A stretch of 64,000 bases of DNA from an uncultured Lachnospiraceae bacterium (GCA_910587085.1 CAJUMC010000004.1:4583-68582), one strand, 5' to 3'; numbered from the stretch's first letter, positions 8,889 through 17,159 are shown. The notes: generated by a model not told the origin, from the letters alone. A program made the numbers and translations.

Positions 8889-10569
8889 CCTCCGTCACCT
8901 CCTCCGGCAGCGCCCATTCTATGCTGACAGAAAACGTCACCGTCTTCTTTTCGTCCTCTCCGCCGCCGCTTTCCGTAATTCCGGCAACACCCGTACGTCC
9001 CACGTACGGTATCTGCTTCAGGCTTGTCAGAAGAGCCGCCGCCGTCTCCTTGCTGTCCGTCACAAAGCTGATAAACAGGCCGTTCTCTGTTGCCGAAAAC
9101 GACTGTACAATACTGTTTTGCGGAAGTTTTTCCTCCAGCTGACCGATCATATCCAAAAGGTATTCATTGCAGCTTGAAGTCATGGCAACAAGCTTTTCCG
9201 CCTCCTCCTTCGCGTTCACGCTCCGGCTCCAGGCATCAAAAATCGGTTCGATATAAAGACATTCGTCCCGCCTTTTCGTTAGCTCATCCCGGCGGGAAAG
9301 CTCCTCCTGGTAGTCCGAATAGCCGTACCAGAGCAGCGTCCCCGAGCTGACGGCAGCAAGAATAAAAAGCAGAATATACAGCCGCATGCCAAGCCTGCGC
9401 TCCGTCTTCAGGCGCAGCTCCTCGGGGATAAAATTGACCGGGTTGAGCGCCGCGCCCACACAGGAAAACAATTCCTCCCTGTGCTGCTCCAGCTCCTCCA
9501 GCTTCTTTTTCTTTTTCTGGAACGTGATGGAACGGAAACCGGTCAGCAGCTCCACCTCATAGCCGGTTTCGTTCTGCAGCAACTCGCTCAGCCCCTGAAG
9601 CCTGGCTCCTTTTCCGAGCAGATAAAGCTTTCCTATTTTACGGTTCGGCTCCCTGGTATTATAGTATTCAATCACGCGACTGACGTTATTGACAAAAAGC
9701 CGCAGCTCCTCCATCAGCTCGTCCGTCATTTCCTCCCGCCGAGCGGCCGCCTCCTCCGTCCGTTCTTCCCCGGGCATTTCCTGCCCGGCAATCCCCGGCG
9801 GCGGCGCACCGGGGCCGGATTCCGTGTCGCGGTCGAAATGCCCGCGGATTACTGCATTTTCACAGAGGTAATCATAGCACTGATTCCCGTTTTTCTCCGC
9901 AAAATCACGGAAGCCCTTCATCACATCGAGCAGGTTGGCCATGCCGAAATTGATATTCCGCTGCATCAGCAGATCGCTGTCCTTAAGAATCGAGATCAGG
10001 GAATTCTGCTGGTTCAGCTGAATCACAAAATTGACCTCGTCTCCCGGGATTCGCTTGAGAATCTGATAGCTGGAGTTTCCGACATAATCCAGCGCCACCA
10101 GCGTAACCCCGAGCATCTCCGCCAGATTGTAATAATTTTTTATGAGGGTAAGCGGAGCGGCAAATACCAGCAGACGCAGCTGCTTCGGCTCCGCACCCGG
10201 ACCGAGCAGCGTGTAGGTCAGCACATGCTCCGTAATATCCATAGGAAAATATTCGTTGGCCTCCGCCTTTACAATATCCATGATTCTCTTTTCCTTAACC
10301 GCAGGAATGGTTACCTCGCGGCTGAGAATCTTGTTGGAGGCTATCGTAAACAGCACATTTTTATTGCTGATTTTATGTTCCGCCAGCTGACGCTTCAGCT
10401 CGTTTGCATATGTCGTTTTATCACGGATATATCCGTCCTCAATCGTGTTCTCCGGCGTCTCAAAAACAAAGGCCTTTCCGACCTTTGTATTTTTCTTCCG
10501 GTAATTTACTTCGCAGACCTTTGTATAAATCAGCCCGATTTCGATGCTGACAACATGGCTTACTCCCAT
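8881..10569 (-). CDS. PilM-PilN fusion protein (actin-like ATPase-fold PilM joined to a bitopic PilN-like segment)
   Basis: 562 aa. The N-terminal roughly 375 aa look PilM/FtsA-like (VVSIEIGLIYTKVCEV..., LYLLGKGARLQGLSELL). This is followed by NFIPEE, a TM segment (LYILLFILAAVSSGTLLWYGY) and a coiled-coil/periplasmic part. RBS is AGGAGG. Confidence 0.8.
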   Translation of the reverse strand: MGVSHVVSIEIGLIYTKVCEVNYRKKNTKVGKAFVFETPENTIEDGYIRDKTTYANELKRQLAEHKISNKNVLFTIASNKILSREVTIPAVKEKRIMDIVKAEANEYFPMDITEHVLTYTLLGPGAEPKQLRLLVFAAPLTLIKNYYNLAEMLGVTLVALDYVGNSSYQILKRIPGDEVNFVIQLNQQNSLISILKDSDLLMQRNINFGMANLLDVMKGFRDFAEKNGNQCYDYLCENAVIRGHFDRDTESGPGAPPPGIAGQEMPGEERTEEAAARREEMTDELMEELRLFVNNVSRVIEYYNTREPNRKIGKLYLLGKGARLQGLSELLQNETGYEVELLTGFRSITFQKKKKKLEELEQHREELFSCVGAALNPVNFIPEELRLKTERRLGMRLYILLFILAAVSSGTLLWYGYSDYQEELSRRDELTKRRDECLYIEPIFDAWSRSVNAKEEAEKLVAMTSSCNEYLLDMIGQLEEKLPQNSIVQSFSATENGLFISFVTDSKETAAALLTSLKQIPYVGRTGVAGITESGGGEDEKKTVTFSVSIEWALPEEVTEDE

Positions 10570-10624
10570 CGTCCGCTCTCCTCCTGACTTTGTTGTAGCC
10601 GCTTTTTTGAAGCGGCATAGCCTG

Positions 10625-11404
10625 TTATAAGCCCTGTGCCGCCGTAAACAGGCTCAGATACCAGCCGACAATCCTGTTGCCGAACCAGATCGCGGTCAGT
10701 ATCCCGGCCGCCAGATATGGCCCGAGCGCCAGCATGCTTCCCGCTTTTTTCCGCCTCATCCGCACGGGATGGACAAGGCAGGCATACAGGCACCCAAACA
10801 GAAATGCCGTAATGCAGTTTGCCAGCCCGAGAAACAGGCCGGCCGCCGCCATCAGCTTAATGTCTCCGCCGCCGATCCCCCGGCCGCGCGTCACTGCATA
10901 GACAAGCAGCAGAAAACCGGACACCGCAGCACAACCTGCCAGTGCCATCGGCCATCCAGCTGGCTTCAGCAGCAGCCTCAGCACGCCGGCAGCCCCGATA
11001 AAAAGGTTAAGCCCCGGCGGAATTTCATAGGTGCGCCAGTCAATCACGCTGATTACCAGCAGCGCGGACAGCACAAGGCAGGCAAGCGCTGTCTCTGCCG
11101 ACCATCCGCAGACTGCAAAGGTCAACGCCCAGAGCAGCCCGTTTCCTGCTTCAACAATCGGATACTGCGCGGACAGCGCGGCGCCGCATTTCCGGCATTT
11201 CCCCCGCAGCGCCAGCCACGAGGCAACGGGAATCAGATCAAACCACCGCAGACGGTACCCGCAGCTCATGCAGTGCGACGGGACGGTCACAATCGTCTCC
11301 CTTCTCGGAATCCGGTAAATGCAGACATTCAGAAAGCTCCCAACCACAACGCCGAACGCCAGCACCATTCCGTATCTTATGCAGTTGAATGCCGCTGTCA
11401 TCAC
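10625..11404 (-). CDS. pilD: Prepilin peptidase (A24 family)
   Basis: 259 aa and polytopic. N-terminal Cys motifs are CMSCGYRL...CRKCG. The active-site context is GGGDIKLMAAAGLFLG. Confidence 0.93.
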   Translation of the reverse strand: MMTAAFNCIRYGMVLAFGVVVGSFLNVCIYRIPRRETIVTVPSHCMSCGYRLRWFDLIPVASWLALRGKCRKCGAALSAQYPIVEAGNGLLWALTFAVCGWSAETALACLVLSALLVISVIDWRTYEIPPGLNLFIGAAGVLRLLLKPAGWPMALAGCAAVSGFLLLVYAVTRGRGIGGGDIKLMAAAGLFLGLANCITAFLFGCLYACLVHPVRMRRKKAGSMLALGPYLAAGILTAIWFGNRIVGWYLSLFTAAQGL

Positions 11405-11430
11405 AGCTCTCCTTCCAGATTATCCAATGT

Positions 11431-11490
11431 AAAAGGGTCATTTTGTATGTCATTGAAGACGATGTCTTCTGTCGTCATACAAAATGACCC
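11431..11490 (-). terminator. Strong hairpin with a short U-tract just after the major pilin gene; likely a partial terminator or attenuator
   Basis: Perfect 15-bp stem GGGTCATTTTGTATG (11435-11449) / CATACAAAATGACCC (11476-11490). The loop holds an inner GAAGAC/GTCTTC hairpin. The minus-strand RNA continues with UUUUACAUU. Confidence 0.65.
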
Positions 11491-11518
11491 CGGTGTTGTT
11501 CGGCTGCGGGATATCAGA

Positions 11519-11968
11519 TTACGGAGTAGGTGTAATAAGTCCCGGAATAGATACCGTAACTTTACCCGTTTTCTCAATTACGATTTGAAAATTTTTACTG
11601 CCATCCTGCTGAACAGTTGGATACTTTCCGTTCATTGCTTCTTCAATACACTCTTTAAGTGTTTTACCTGCAGGAGCCGGATCAGTAACAGTACCTACTA
11701 CCGCAAGACCAGCCGAAGTCACATTGTATGTAGCTTCCGGTACCGTAGCAGTATTGTTTTCTGCCATATAATCCGCCACTCCGGCGTTTACTGCCGACTC
11801 AATCTGTCCGATGTTATTCTTATCTGTACTTTCCTTCGATCTGCCGACCCACTTCATTACCTGCGGAGCCAGAGCCACAGCGATTACCGCCATGATAAGG
11901 ATAACAACGATCAGCTCGACCAGGGAAAAGCCTTTGTTGTTACGCTTTTTTTCGCACATCTTTTTCAT
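11519..11968 (-). CDS. pilA: Major type IV pilin
   Basis: 149 aa. Motif reads MKKMCEKKRNNKG|FSLVELIVVILIMAVIAVALAPQV, with Glu at +5. RBS is AAAGGAGAG. It is the first gene of the operon and is visibly AT-richer than the downstream pilus genes. Confidence 0.92.
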   Translation of the reverse strand: MKKMCEKKRNNKGFSLVELIVVILIMAVIAVALAPQVMKWVGRSKESTDKNNIGQIESAVNAGVADYMAENNTATVPEATYNVTSAGLAVVGTVTDPAPAGKTLKECIEEAMNGKYPTVQQDGSKNFQIVIEKTGKVTVSIPGLITPTP

Positions 11969-12055
11969 AACTTATCTCTCCTTTTGATTTAATTTTGATC
12001 CCTTTTTCCTCTTCTCTTTCGTATCTCTGAACCATGTTCGGTTCGCGTTTCCTTT

Positions 12056-12084
12056 AATTTATCATATTGGTCGTAGAAAATCAA
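12056..12084 (-). promoter_or_regulatory. Candidate proximal sigma-A promoter for pilA
   Basis: Minus strand reads TTGATT (12079-12084), a 17-nt spacer, then TAAATT (12056-12061). It lies about 85 nt upstream of the pilA ATG. Confidence 0.35.
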
Positions 12085-12376
12085 CAGATTTTTTGATTTT
12101 TTCCTGGAAAAATTGAGCAATGTTTCCTATCCGGCGCAAGAGCGGCAAGTCTTCTGACCTTTCCACGGAGGCGTTTCCGCACACAGATGCCTTTATTTTT
12201 TTTCCGCTTTTCATCTGCCCCCTTTTGTTTTTTCGGTTCTGTCCCGCTCTTTCCCTCCTGTGCTGCCGGAGCCGCTTCAGCAGTTCGCTCTCATCGGAGA
12301 AAAATCATCTGCAGAACCTCTGTTCGATGCCCGGACCTTTTCTCGCTCTGCATAGTACTGACTTCATTTCTTTCAT

Positions 12377-12405
12377 ATTTTATTAAAATAATCCCAAAAT
12401 ACCAA
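12377..12405 (-). promoter_or_regulatory. Candidate distal promoter that would give a pilA leader of about 400 nt
   Basis: Minus strand reads TTGGTA (12400-12405), a 17-nt spacer, then TAAAAT (12377-12382), in an AT-rich stretch. Confidence 0.25.
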
Positions 12406-12464
12406 ATTTTCATAAGATTTGAAACTTAATAAAATAAATATTTTTATAATATCAGAAGCTTAAG

Positions 12465-13355
12465 TTATAAAGGCTTTGTTCCGCTTATTAACACTGTCGT
12501 TGCAATGCGGAATTCCCATCTTTTTTCTCCGTTTTTGTATTCCTGAATCTTTTTATCATACCTTTGATTAATCCTGTCAATCAGGGTCTGATACTCTGTT
12601 TTGCTAAGTGCATCAGGAGCCATGTTACATGCTTTTTCCACACTGCTAAGCTCCGATATTCTGTCGTCATTAATCTGTGCATGTGCTGTTTCATCATTAA
12701 TGTTGTCGCAATCCGGAGCATAATTGACTGCTGCCACTGCATCAATAGAAATATTTTGAAATCCCTGTTCTGCAAGATAAGCAAAATACTTTTCGGTTCG
12801 GTTTTCATAACGCTTAATCTGACTGTGAGGATTGGCGGATGCTGCCGCCCAGACCTTATCAAACAGTTCTTTTTCTTCGCAATCCTCCGTCGGTATCCAT
12901 TCTTCCGGTTTCATGCCTCTGTTGTAGACGTCCATAATGATAATTTTCCCGGCTGGCTTCAGCACCCGGTATTGTTCGCTTACAAATTTCTCAGGATCAC
13001 AAAAATTCATCACCGTATGGGAATAACAAACATCAAATATATTGTTTTCAAAAGGCATTTTTGTAGCATCACCCGCCACAAAATCACATGAAAGTCCCAA
13101 CTCTTTCGTTTTTTTCCTGGCATAATCAATATGTCCGATATCAAAATCCAGACCCGTTATGTCCGCATCGGGGAGACGTTCTTTTAACCGATGACAGAGA
13201 AGGCCTCCGGCACAACCTACTTCGAGTATCTTCATTCCATTATGCAGCTGCATGGCATCGATCCATTTATCCATGTTTCCCTGATGAAATTTTAATGCCC
13301 GTGACAAATACAGTTCTTCTGTTTTCTGCACATATTGCGACCAGTAAGTATTCAT
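12465..13355 (-). CDS. Class I SAM-dependent methyltransferase
   Basis: 296 aa. Motif I reads ILEVGCAGGLLCHRL, followed by ITGLDFD and an acidic post-II region. The gene is visibly AT-richer than its neighbours. Confidence 0.88.
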   Translation of the reverse strand: MNTYWSQYVQKTEELYLSRALKFHQGNMDKWIDAMQLHNGMKILEVGCAGGLLCHRLKERLPDADITGLDFDIGHIDYARKKTKELGLSCDFVAGDATKMPFENNIFDVCYSHTVMNFCDPEKFVSEQYRVLKPAGKIIIMDVYNRGMKPEEWIPTEDCEEKELFDKVWAAASANPHSQIKRYENRTEKYFAYLAEQGFQNISIDAVAAVNYAPDCDNINDETAHAQINDDRISELSSVEKACNMAPDALSKTEYQTLIDRINQRYDKKIQEYKNGEKRWEFRIATTVLISGTKPL

Positions 13356-13437
13356 TTCTGCCTCCTTTTTAACCTCTTGAATGATCCGGTGTCAAGTGCT
13401 TTCTATGCCAAAACGATGCTCCGCTGCCGGACGCGCC

Positions 13438-14580
13438 TTAACTATTCCGCCGGCAGAGCTCGCCCCGGTACCATCCAAGTTTCCCGTCCTGCTTCACAAA
13501 CGCACCGGCGGAGGTCTGCCCTATCAGCTTCAGCGCTTCCCCGGCCTGTATTTTAAGCTCCTCGTCGGTATAATCTTCACAGTACAGCTTTTCTCCCCTA
13601 CGGTACAGATATCTTTTCGGCACATGAAACAGGATACCGCTGCTTTTCTGGCGCAGCTCTGCCGTATCCTCCGTCTCCGAAACCAGCTCCACCTCCATAT
13701 TCGGATACTTGATATAGACGGTGCCCTTATTTGCCTCCTGTGCCGTTTTCGCATACACTGCCGGATAATCGTCATACGAACTCCAGGTAATCCGGCGCAT
13801 CGCCGCATGCTGCTCCGGAATCACAATCGCGTTCAGCTGCCCGCCCTTTTTCAGCGCACAGCCGCCGTCGATCGCAATCGTGTGTCTTTCATAATCAAAA
13901 ACCGGATTCATGCATCCAGCATCGCGGTAATACAGGCTTGCCGGCCAATGCCCGACCACGACGCAACGCTCAAATACATTTTTCTGCTCTAAAAAAGCAT
14001 CTATTTTCATAAAGTGGAACGCATCTTCCTCCAGCAGTGTCTCTACCTGATCCGTCGGCACTCCGGCATGAACAAAGATGTAATCTCCATAAGTGATAAT
14101 TGTGGGAAGATTCCATATAAATTCAAGCTCTCTGCGATACTTTTCCGAAATTGCTTCCTTCACTGCGGCCACGCTGCTTTCGTCCAGCTCCTCTGTTTTT
14201 ATTCCAAGCTCCGCAAGGATCTCCAGAAACAGCCCGCAGCCCCACACACGTTCTGTCCAGCGCAGCTCCTCCAGAAAGCGCCGGCTGTTTCCCTCGCTCT
14301 TATCAAAAAAATTCCCCATTCTTGAGCAGTCAACATTCCCCGCAGTCAGAAAAACATGCGGGTTGCTCTCCTTCAGCCGCATCACATAACGGATTGTCTC
14401 CAGGCTGTTGCCGCCCTTCTCGATCAGATCCCCGACAATCACCAGCGCATCCTGTTCTGAAAAGCAAAGCTGCTCCAGCAGCCCTTTTAGATAATGTCCG
14501 TGCCCGTGTATGTCGCTGACCGCAATCAATCTCCCCGGGCACTTCCCCGTAATATCGCATATTGTCGTTTTCATTGTCAT
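13438..14580 (-). CDS. Metallophosphoesterase (PPP/ApaH-like phosphatase family)
   Basis: 380 aa. Motifs are VSDIHGHG, VIVGDLIEKGG and AGNVD, plus later His-containing motifs (VGHWP). Confidence 0.85.
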   Translation of the reverse strand: MTMKTTICDITGKCPGRLIAVSDIHGHGHYLKGLLEQLCFSEQDALVIVGDLIEKGGNSLETIRYVMRLKESNPHVFLTAGNVDCSRMGNFFDKSEGNSRRFLEELRWTERVWGCGLFLEILAELGIKTEELDESSVAAVKEAISEKYRRELEFIWNLPTIITYGDYIFVHAGVPTDQVETLLEEDAFHFMKIDAFLEQKNVFERCVVVGHWPASLYYRDAGCMNPVFDYERHTIAIDGGCALKKGGQLNAIVIPEQHAAMRRITWSSYDDYPAVYAKTAQEANKGTVYIKYPNMEVELVSETEDTAELRQKSSGILFHVPKRYLYRRGEKLYCEDYTDEELKIQAGEALKLIGQTSAGAFVKQDGKLGWYRGELCRRNS

Positions 14581-14593
14581 CCTTTCCTTATTG

Positions 14594-14638
14594 TCTCTCT
14601 ATGTATTATGGAAAAATCTCTCTATGTATTATGGAAAA
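14594..14638. repeat. Tandem duplication of a 22-bp unit (TCTCTCTATGTATTATGGAAAA; period 23 bp) just upstream of the phosphoesterase gene
   Basis: Copies at 14594-14615 and 14617-14638. A CTGCTGCCG x2 repeat follows at about 14641-14660. Confidence 0.85.
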
Positions 14639-14695
14639 CCTGCTGCCGAATCTGCTGCCGGACGAAAGCACAAGTCCGGCTTCCTTCTCCGCAAT

Positions 14696-14733
14696 ACAAA
14701 AAATATCCGAACCTGTAAACAGGTTCGGATATT
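14696..14733 (-). terminator. Rho-independent terminator after tRNA-Glu
   Basis: Perfect 14-bp stem AATATCCGAACCTG (14702-14715) / CAGGTTCGGATATT (14720-14733) with a 4-nt loop. A U-run follows on the minus strand. Confidence 0.85.
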
Positions 14734-14739
14734 CTGCAG

Positions 14740-14811
14740 CAGCCAGTAGGGGAATCGAACCCCTGTTTTCGCCGTGAGAGGGCGACGTCTTAGCCGCTTG
14801 ACCAACTGGCC
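14740..14811 (-). tRNA. tRNA-Glu (anticodon CUC), 72 nt; CCA is not encoded
   Basis: The reverse complement reads GGCCAGT-TG-GTCAAGCGGCTAAGAC-G-TCGCC-CTCTCAC-GGCGA-AAAC-AGGGGTTCGATTCCCCT-ACTGGCT-G. The cloverleaf pairs, with a G1:U72 wobble. Confidence 0.9.
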
Positions 14812-14824
14812 TTGAACGAGTTAT

Positions 14825-14853
14825 ATCTTACCACAGGATCCATCGAAATGCAA
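14825..14853 (-). promoter_or_regulatory. Candidate sigma-A promoter for tRNA-Glu
   Basis: Minus strand reads TTGCAT (14848-14853), a 17-nt spacer, then TAAGAT (14825-14830), with TG at the extended -10 position. It lies about 13 nt upstream of the tRNA 5' end. The architecture matches the tRNA-Leu promoter. Confidence 0.55.
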
Positions 14854-14937
14854 TAACTTTTTTATATTATTTATTTTCATACATTTTTCGTATGTTTTAA
14901 ACAAAACAGCATTTCTTCAAACAAAGTAAAAATGGTT

Positions 14938-16746
14938 TTAAAAGGTTTCTTTGAAATATTCTGCCTGTTTTTCAAAGAAATCGTAATACAGTCCTTTTCG
15001 TTCCATCAACTCTTCAAAGCTTCCGTATTCGGCAATTTCCCCCTTTTCGAAAACAGCAATGCGATCGCAAAACCTGGTACTGTATATCCTGTGTGAAACC
15101 AAGACCGTCGTTTTTCCCCTGGACATTTCGGCAAATTTTTGAAATATTTCATGTTCGGCGGCCGGATCCAATGCAGAGGTAGGCTCATCCAGCAGAAGCA
15201 CCGGCGCATTCTTGTAAAGCGCGCGGACGACGGCAACTTTCTGACTCTCGCCGCCCGATAAATCCACACCGGACGCAAACAGCGTTTTGGTAACCGGCGT
15301 ATCCAGGCCCCGATACATTTTTTTAAGTCTTTCGCCCATGCCATTTTCCTTTAAGAGCTCTGTAATTTTCTGTCTTTCCTCCGGATCTGCTGCCTCGGAA
15401 ATCGCTATATTCTCTGCCAGGGAAAACGGCAGAAGCGAAAAATCCTGATTCACCGACGAGATAATTTTCTGATATTCCTTATAATCAATATTCCGGATAT
15501 CGACTCCGTTTAAAAAGATCGCTCCTTCGGTCGGATCATACATGCGCATCAGCAAAAGAGTGAATGAGGTTTTGCCCGCCCCGTTGTATCCGACGATTCC
15601 AAGACGTTCCGTATTCCTTATGGTCAGATTAATGTTTTTCAATACGTATGAAGTGCTGCCGGGATACCGGAACCAGACGTTGCGAAACTCGATTTCCACC
15701 TTGCGGATATCCATATCGTTCAGCGTCAGCGAGCCGGGCGTCCTGTCAAATTTTGTTCTCAGTTTCAGAAAAGACCTGTATTGCCTGATATAAAAGAAAT
15801 TATCGTTAAAAGAAATCAGATTGGCAGTGACAAAAGAAGATGCTGACATAAAATTAATCAGGGAAGCAACTCCCATGGTAAACTCACCGATTGTAAGTTC
15901 CCCCCGAAAGGCCTTTTGTCCGATCAGCAGATAGGCCAGTATCTGAAAGGCAGCGCTTAATGAATATGCCGCCATTTCAATAAAACCGCCTTCCCTTATT
16001 CTGCGTCTGTCAACCGCCAGCATTTCCTGCTGAAACAATTCCGCTTTTTTCAGAATATAGCTGCTCATACCAAATGTGACAATATCCTTTTTATTCGATA
16101 TATTCTTTGCCAGCTGCGATATATAGGAAACTTTCCGGTTATCCTCCGCAGCATCCTGCGTATACCTTCTCTCATGTCTGAGACGTATGTAATGCAGCAC
16201 TGCCTGCAGTGCAATAACCATCCCTGCGATTGCCAGCAGCCATGCATTTAATACGGTCATCACGCATACAATGCCGATCAGGGTTATAAACTGCGAAACG
16301 GTATTGAAAAAAGTGGTGAGACTGGTAAAAAAGTTTTTTCCGCGGACTGCCTGATGAACCATCAGAATACGCTCCTGGACAGACGAATCGTTAAATTTTT
16401 CAAAATCCATATTCATGCATTTGCTGTTCAGATCATTGTCCAGCTTATTGATCATCCTGGCAAACAGGTAATCTCTTGATTTTGCAAGAAATGTGGCAGC
16501 CGCGGTTAATATATAATCCATTCCATACATCACGGCCACATAAAAAACGGCCTGCAGGAAATCCTTCCCTTCCGTGATGCTGTCTACAATCCGCCCTGCC
16601 AGCACGATGCCGGGAAAAGGACGCAGGGCGCTGACAAAAACATCGGCAAGCAGGATAAAAATCAGCCTTTTATCAAACCCCCATATCTCTTTAAAGGACA
16701 ATGACAAATTGTCAATCTGCCTGTTTTTTATTCTGCCCATATTCAT
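14938..16746 (-). CDS. ABC exporter, fused permease and ATPase (MsbA/type I exporter fold); no C39 peptidase domain
   Basis: 602 aa with six predicted TM helices in the N-terminal half. Walker A is GYNGAGKTS, the signature is LSGGESQKVAVVRAL and Walker B is LLLDEPTSALD. RBS is AAGGGGAAGGGA. The gene is AT-richer. Confidence 0.92.
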   Translation of the reverse strand: MNMGRIKNRQIDNLSLSFKEIWGFDKRLIFILLADVFVSALRPFPGIVLAGRIVDSITEGKDFLQAVFYVAVMYGMDYILTAAATFLAKSRDYLFARMINKLDNDLNSKCMNMDFEKFNDSSVQERILMVHQAVRGKNFFTSLTTFFNTVSQFITLIGIVCVMTVLNAWLLAIAGMVIALQAVLHYIRLRHERRYTQDAAEDNRKVSYISQLAKNISNKKDIVTFGMSSYILKKAELFQQEMLAVDRRRIREGGFIEMAAYSLSAAFQILAYLLIGQKAFRGELTIGEFTMGVASLINFMSASSFVTANLISFNDNFFYIRQYRSFLKLRTKFDRTPGSLTLNDMDIRKVEIEFRNVWFRYPGSTSYVLKNINLTIRNTERLGIVGYNGAGKTSFTLLLMRMYDPTEGAIFLNGVDIRNIDYKEYQKIISSVNQDFSLLPFSLAENIAISEAADPEERQKITELLKENGMGERLKKMYRGLDTPVTKTLFASGVDLSGGESQKVAVVRALYKNAPVLLLDEPTSALDPAAEHEIFQKFAEMSRGKTTVLVSHRIYSTRFCDRIAVFEKGEIAEYGSFEELMERKGLYYDFFEKQAEYFKETF

Positions 16747-16760
16747 CGGTTCCCTTCCCC

Positions 16761-17159
16761 TTATTCCATATTTAACGCTACGTACATATCATGAAACAAT
16801 GCATCCATGCTTGCCGGCGAAGTATAGCATTTATACGCTCCGGCCTCTTTGTATTCCCCGAATACCTCCTCTTCATCGTCAAGCATATCAAAAACAACAA
16901 AGACCATGGTTCGGGAACTCAATTGCTTTATTTCTTTTACCATCTGCCGCCCTTCCTGCAGATTGCCATCCGTGGCGGATAAAAGCAGAACCAGTTCCGG
17001 ATGAAGCTCATCCACTTTTTTCAGAGAATCCTTCCTGCCGATACCATAGAGCAAATCATACATGTCCGGAGCATATCTCTCTACGGTTTTCGACCAGCTT
17101 TGTAAGTTCTCCGCCTTCGGCTTCTTTTTCATAATTGACATAAGCTTTATTTTATTCAT
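16761..17159 (-). CDS. Small protein with a degenerate receiver (CheY-like) pattern that lacks the phospho-acceptor residues
   Basis: 132 aa. An ATGA overlap couples it to the regulator gene stop. The pattern HPELVLLLSATDGNLQEGRQMVKEIKQL..TMVFVVFD...GAYKCYTSP mirrors REC strands beta3 to beta5. The N-terminal DD pair, the acceptor Asp and the conserved Lys-Pro are all absent. Confidence 0.6.
   Translation of the reverse strand: MNKIKLMSIMKKKPKAENLQSWSKTVERYAPDMYDLLYGIGRKDSLKKVDELHPELVLLLSATDGNLQEGRQMVKEIKQLSSRTMVFVVFDMLDDEEEVFGEYKEAGAYKCYTSPASMDALFHDMYVALNME

Noticed and set aside
10769-11992. 407-aa plus-strand ORF antisense to pilD and pilA. Similar long antisense ORFs include 1084-2004, 28304-29281, 32340-33749, 35826-37253, 40007-41056 and 61646-62548.
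   Set aside because: Each lies fully opposite a gene with clear family motifs (PilD, Fhs, FtsZ, MurA/FtsW, PBP, MurF). The translations are Arg/Pro/Gln/His-rich with no motifs, which is the expected artefact of GC-rich coding DNA.
12029-12045. GAAC..GTTC palindrome (GAACCATGTTCGGTTCG) in the pilA leader, as a possible LexA box.
   Set aside because: The half-site spacing is 3 nt, or 8 nt in the alternative reading, rather than the 4 nt of the Cheo box.
12241-12263. GEMM-I (c-di-GMP-I) riboswitch-like string GCACAGGAGGGAAAGAGCGGGAC upstream of pilA.
   Set aside because: Only a partial string match to the Vc2 aptamer as I recall it. The conserved GCAAAGCC element and the P1b helix pairing are missing. 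It is kept as something to test with a covariance model, not as a call.
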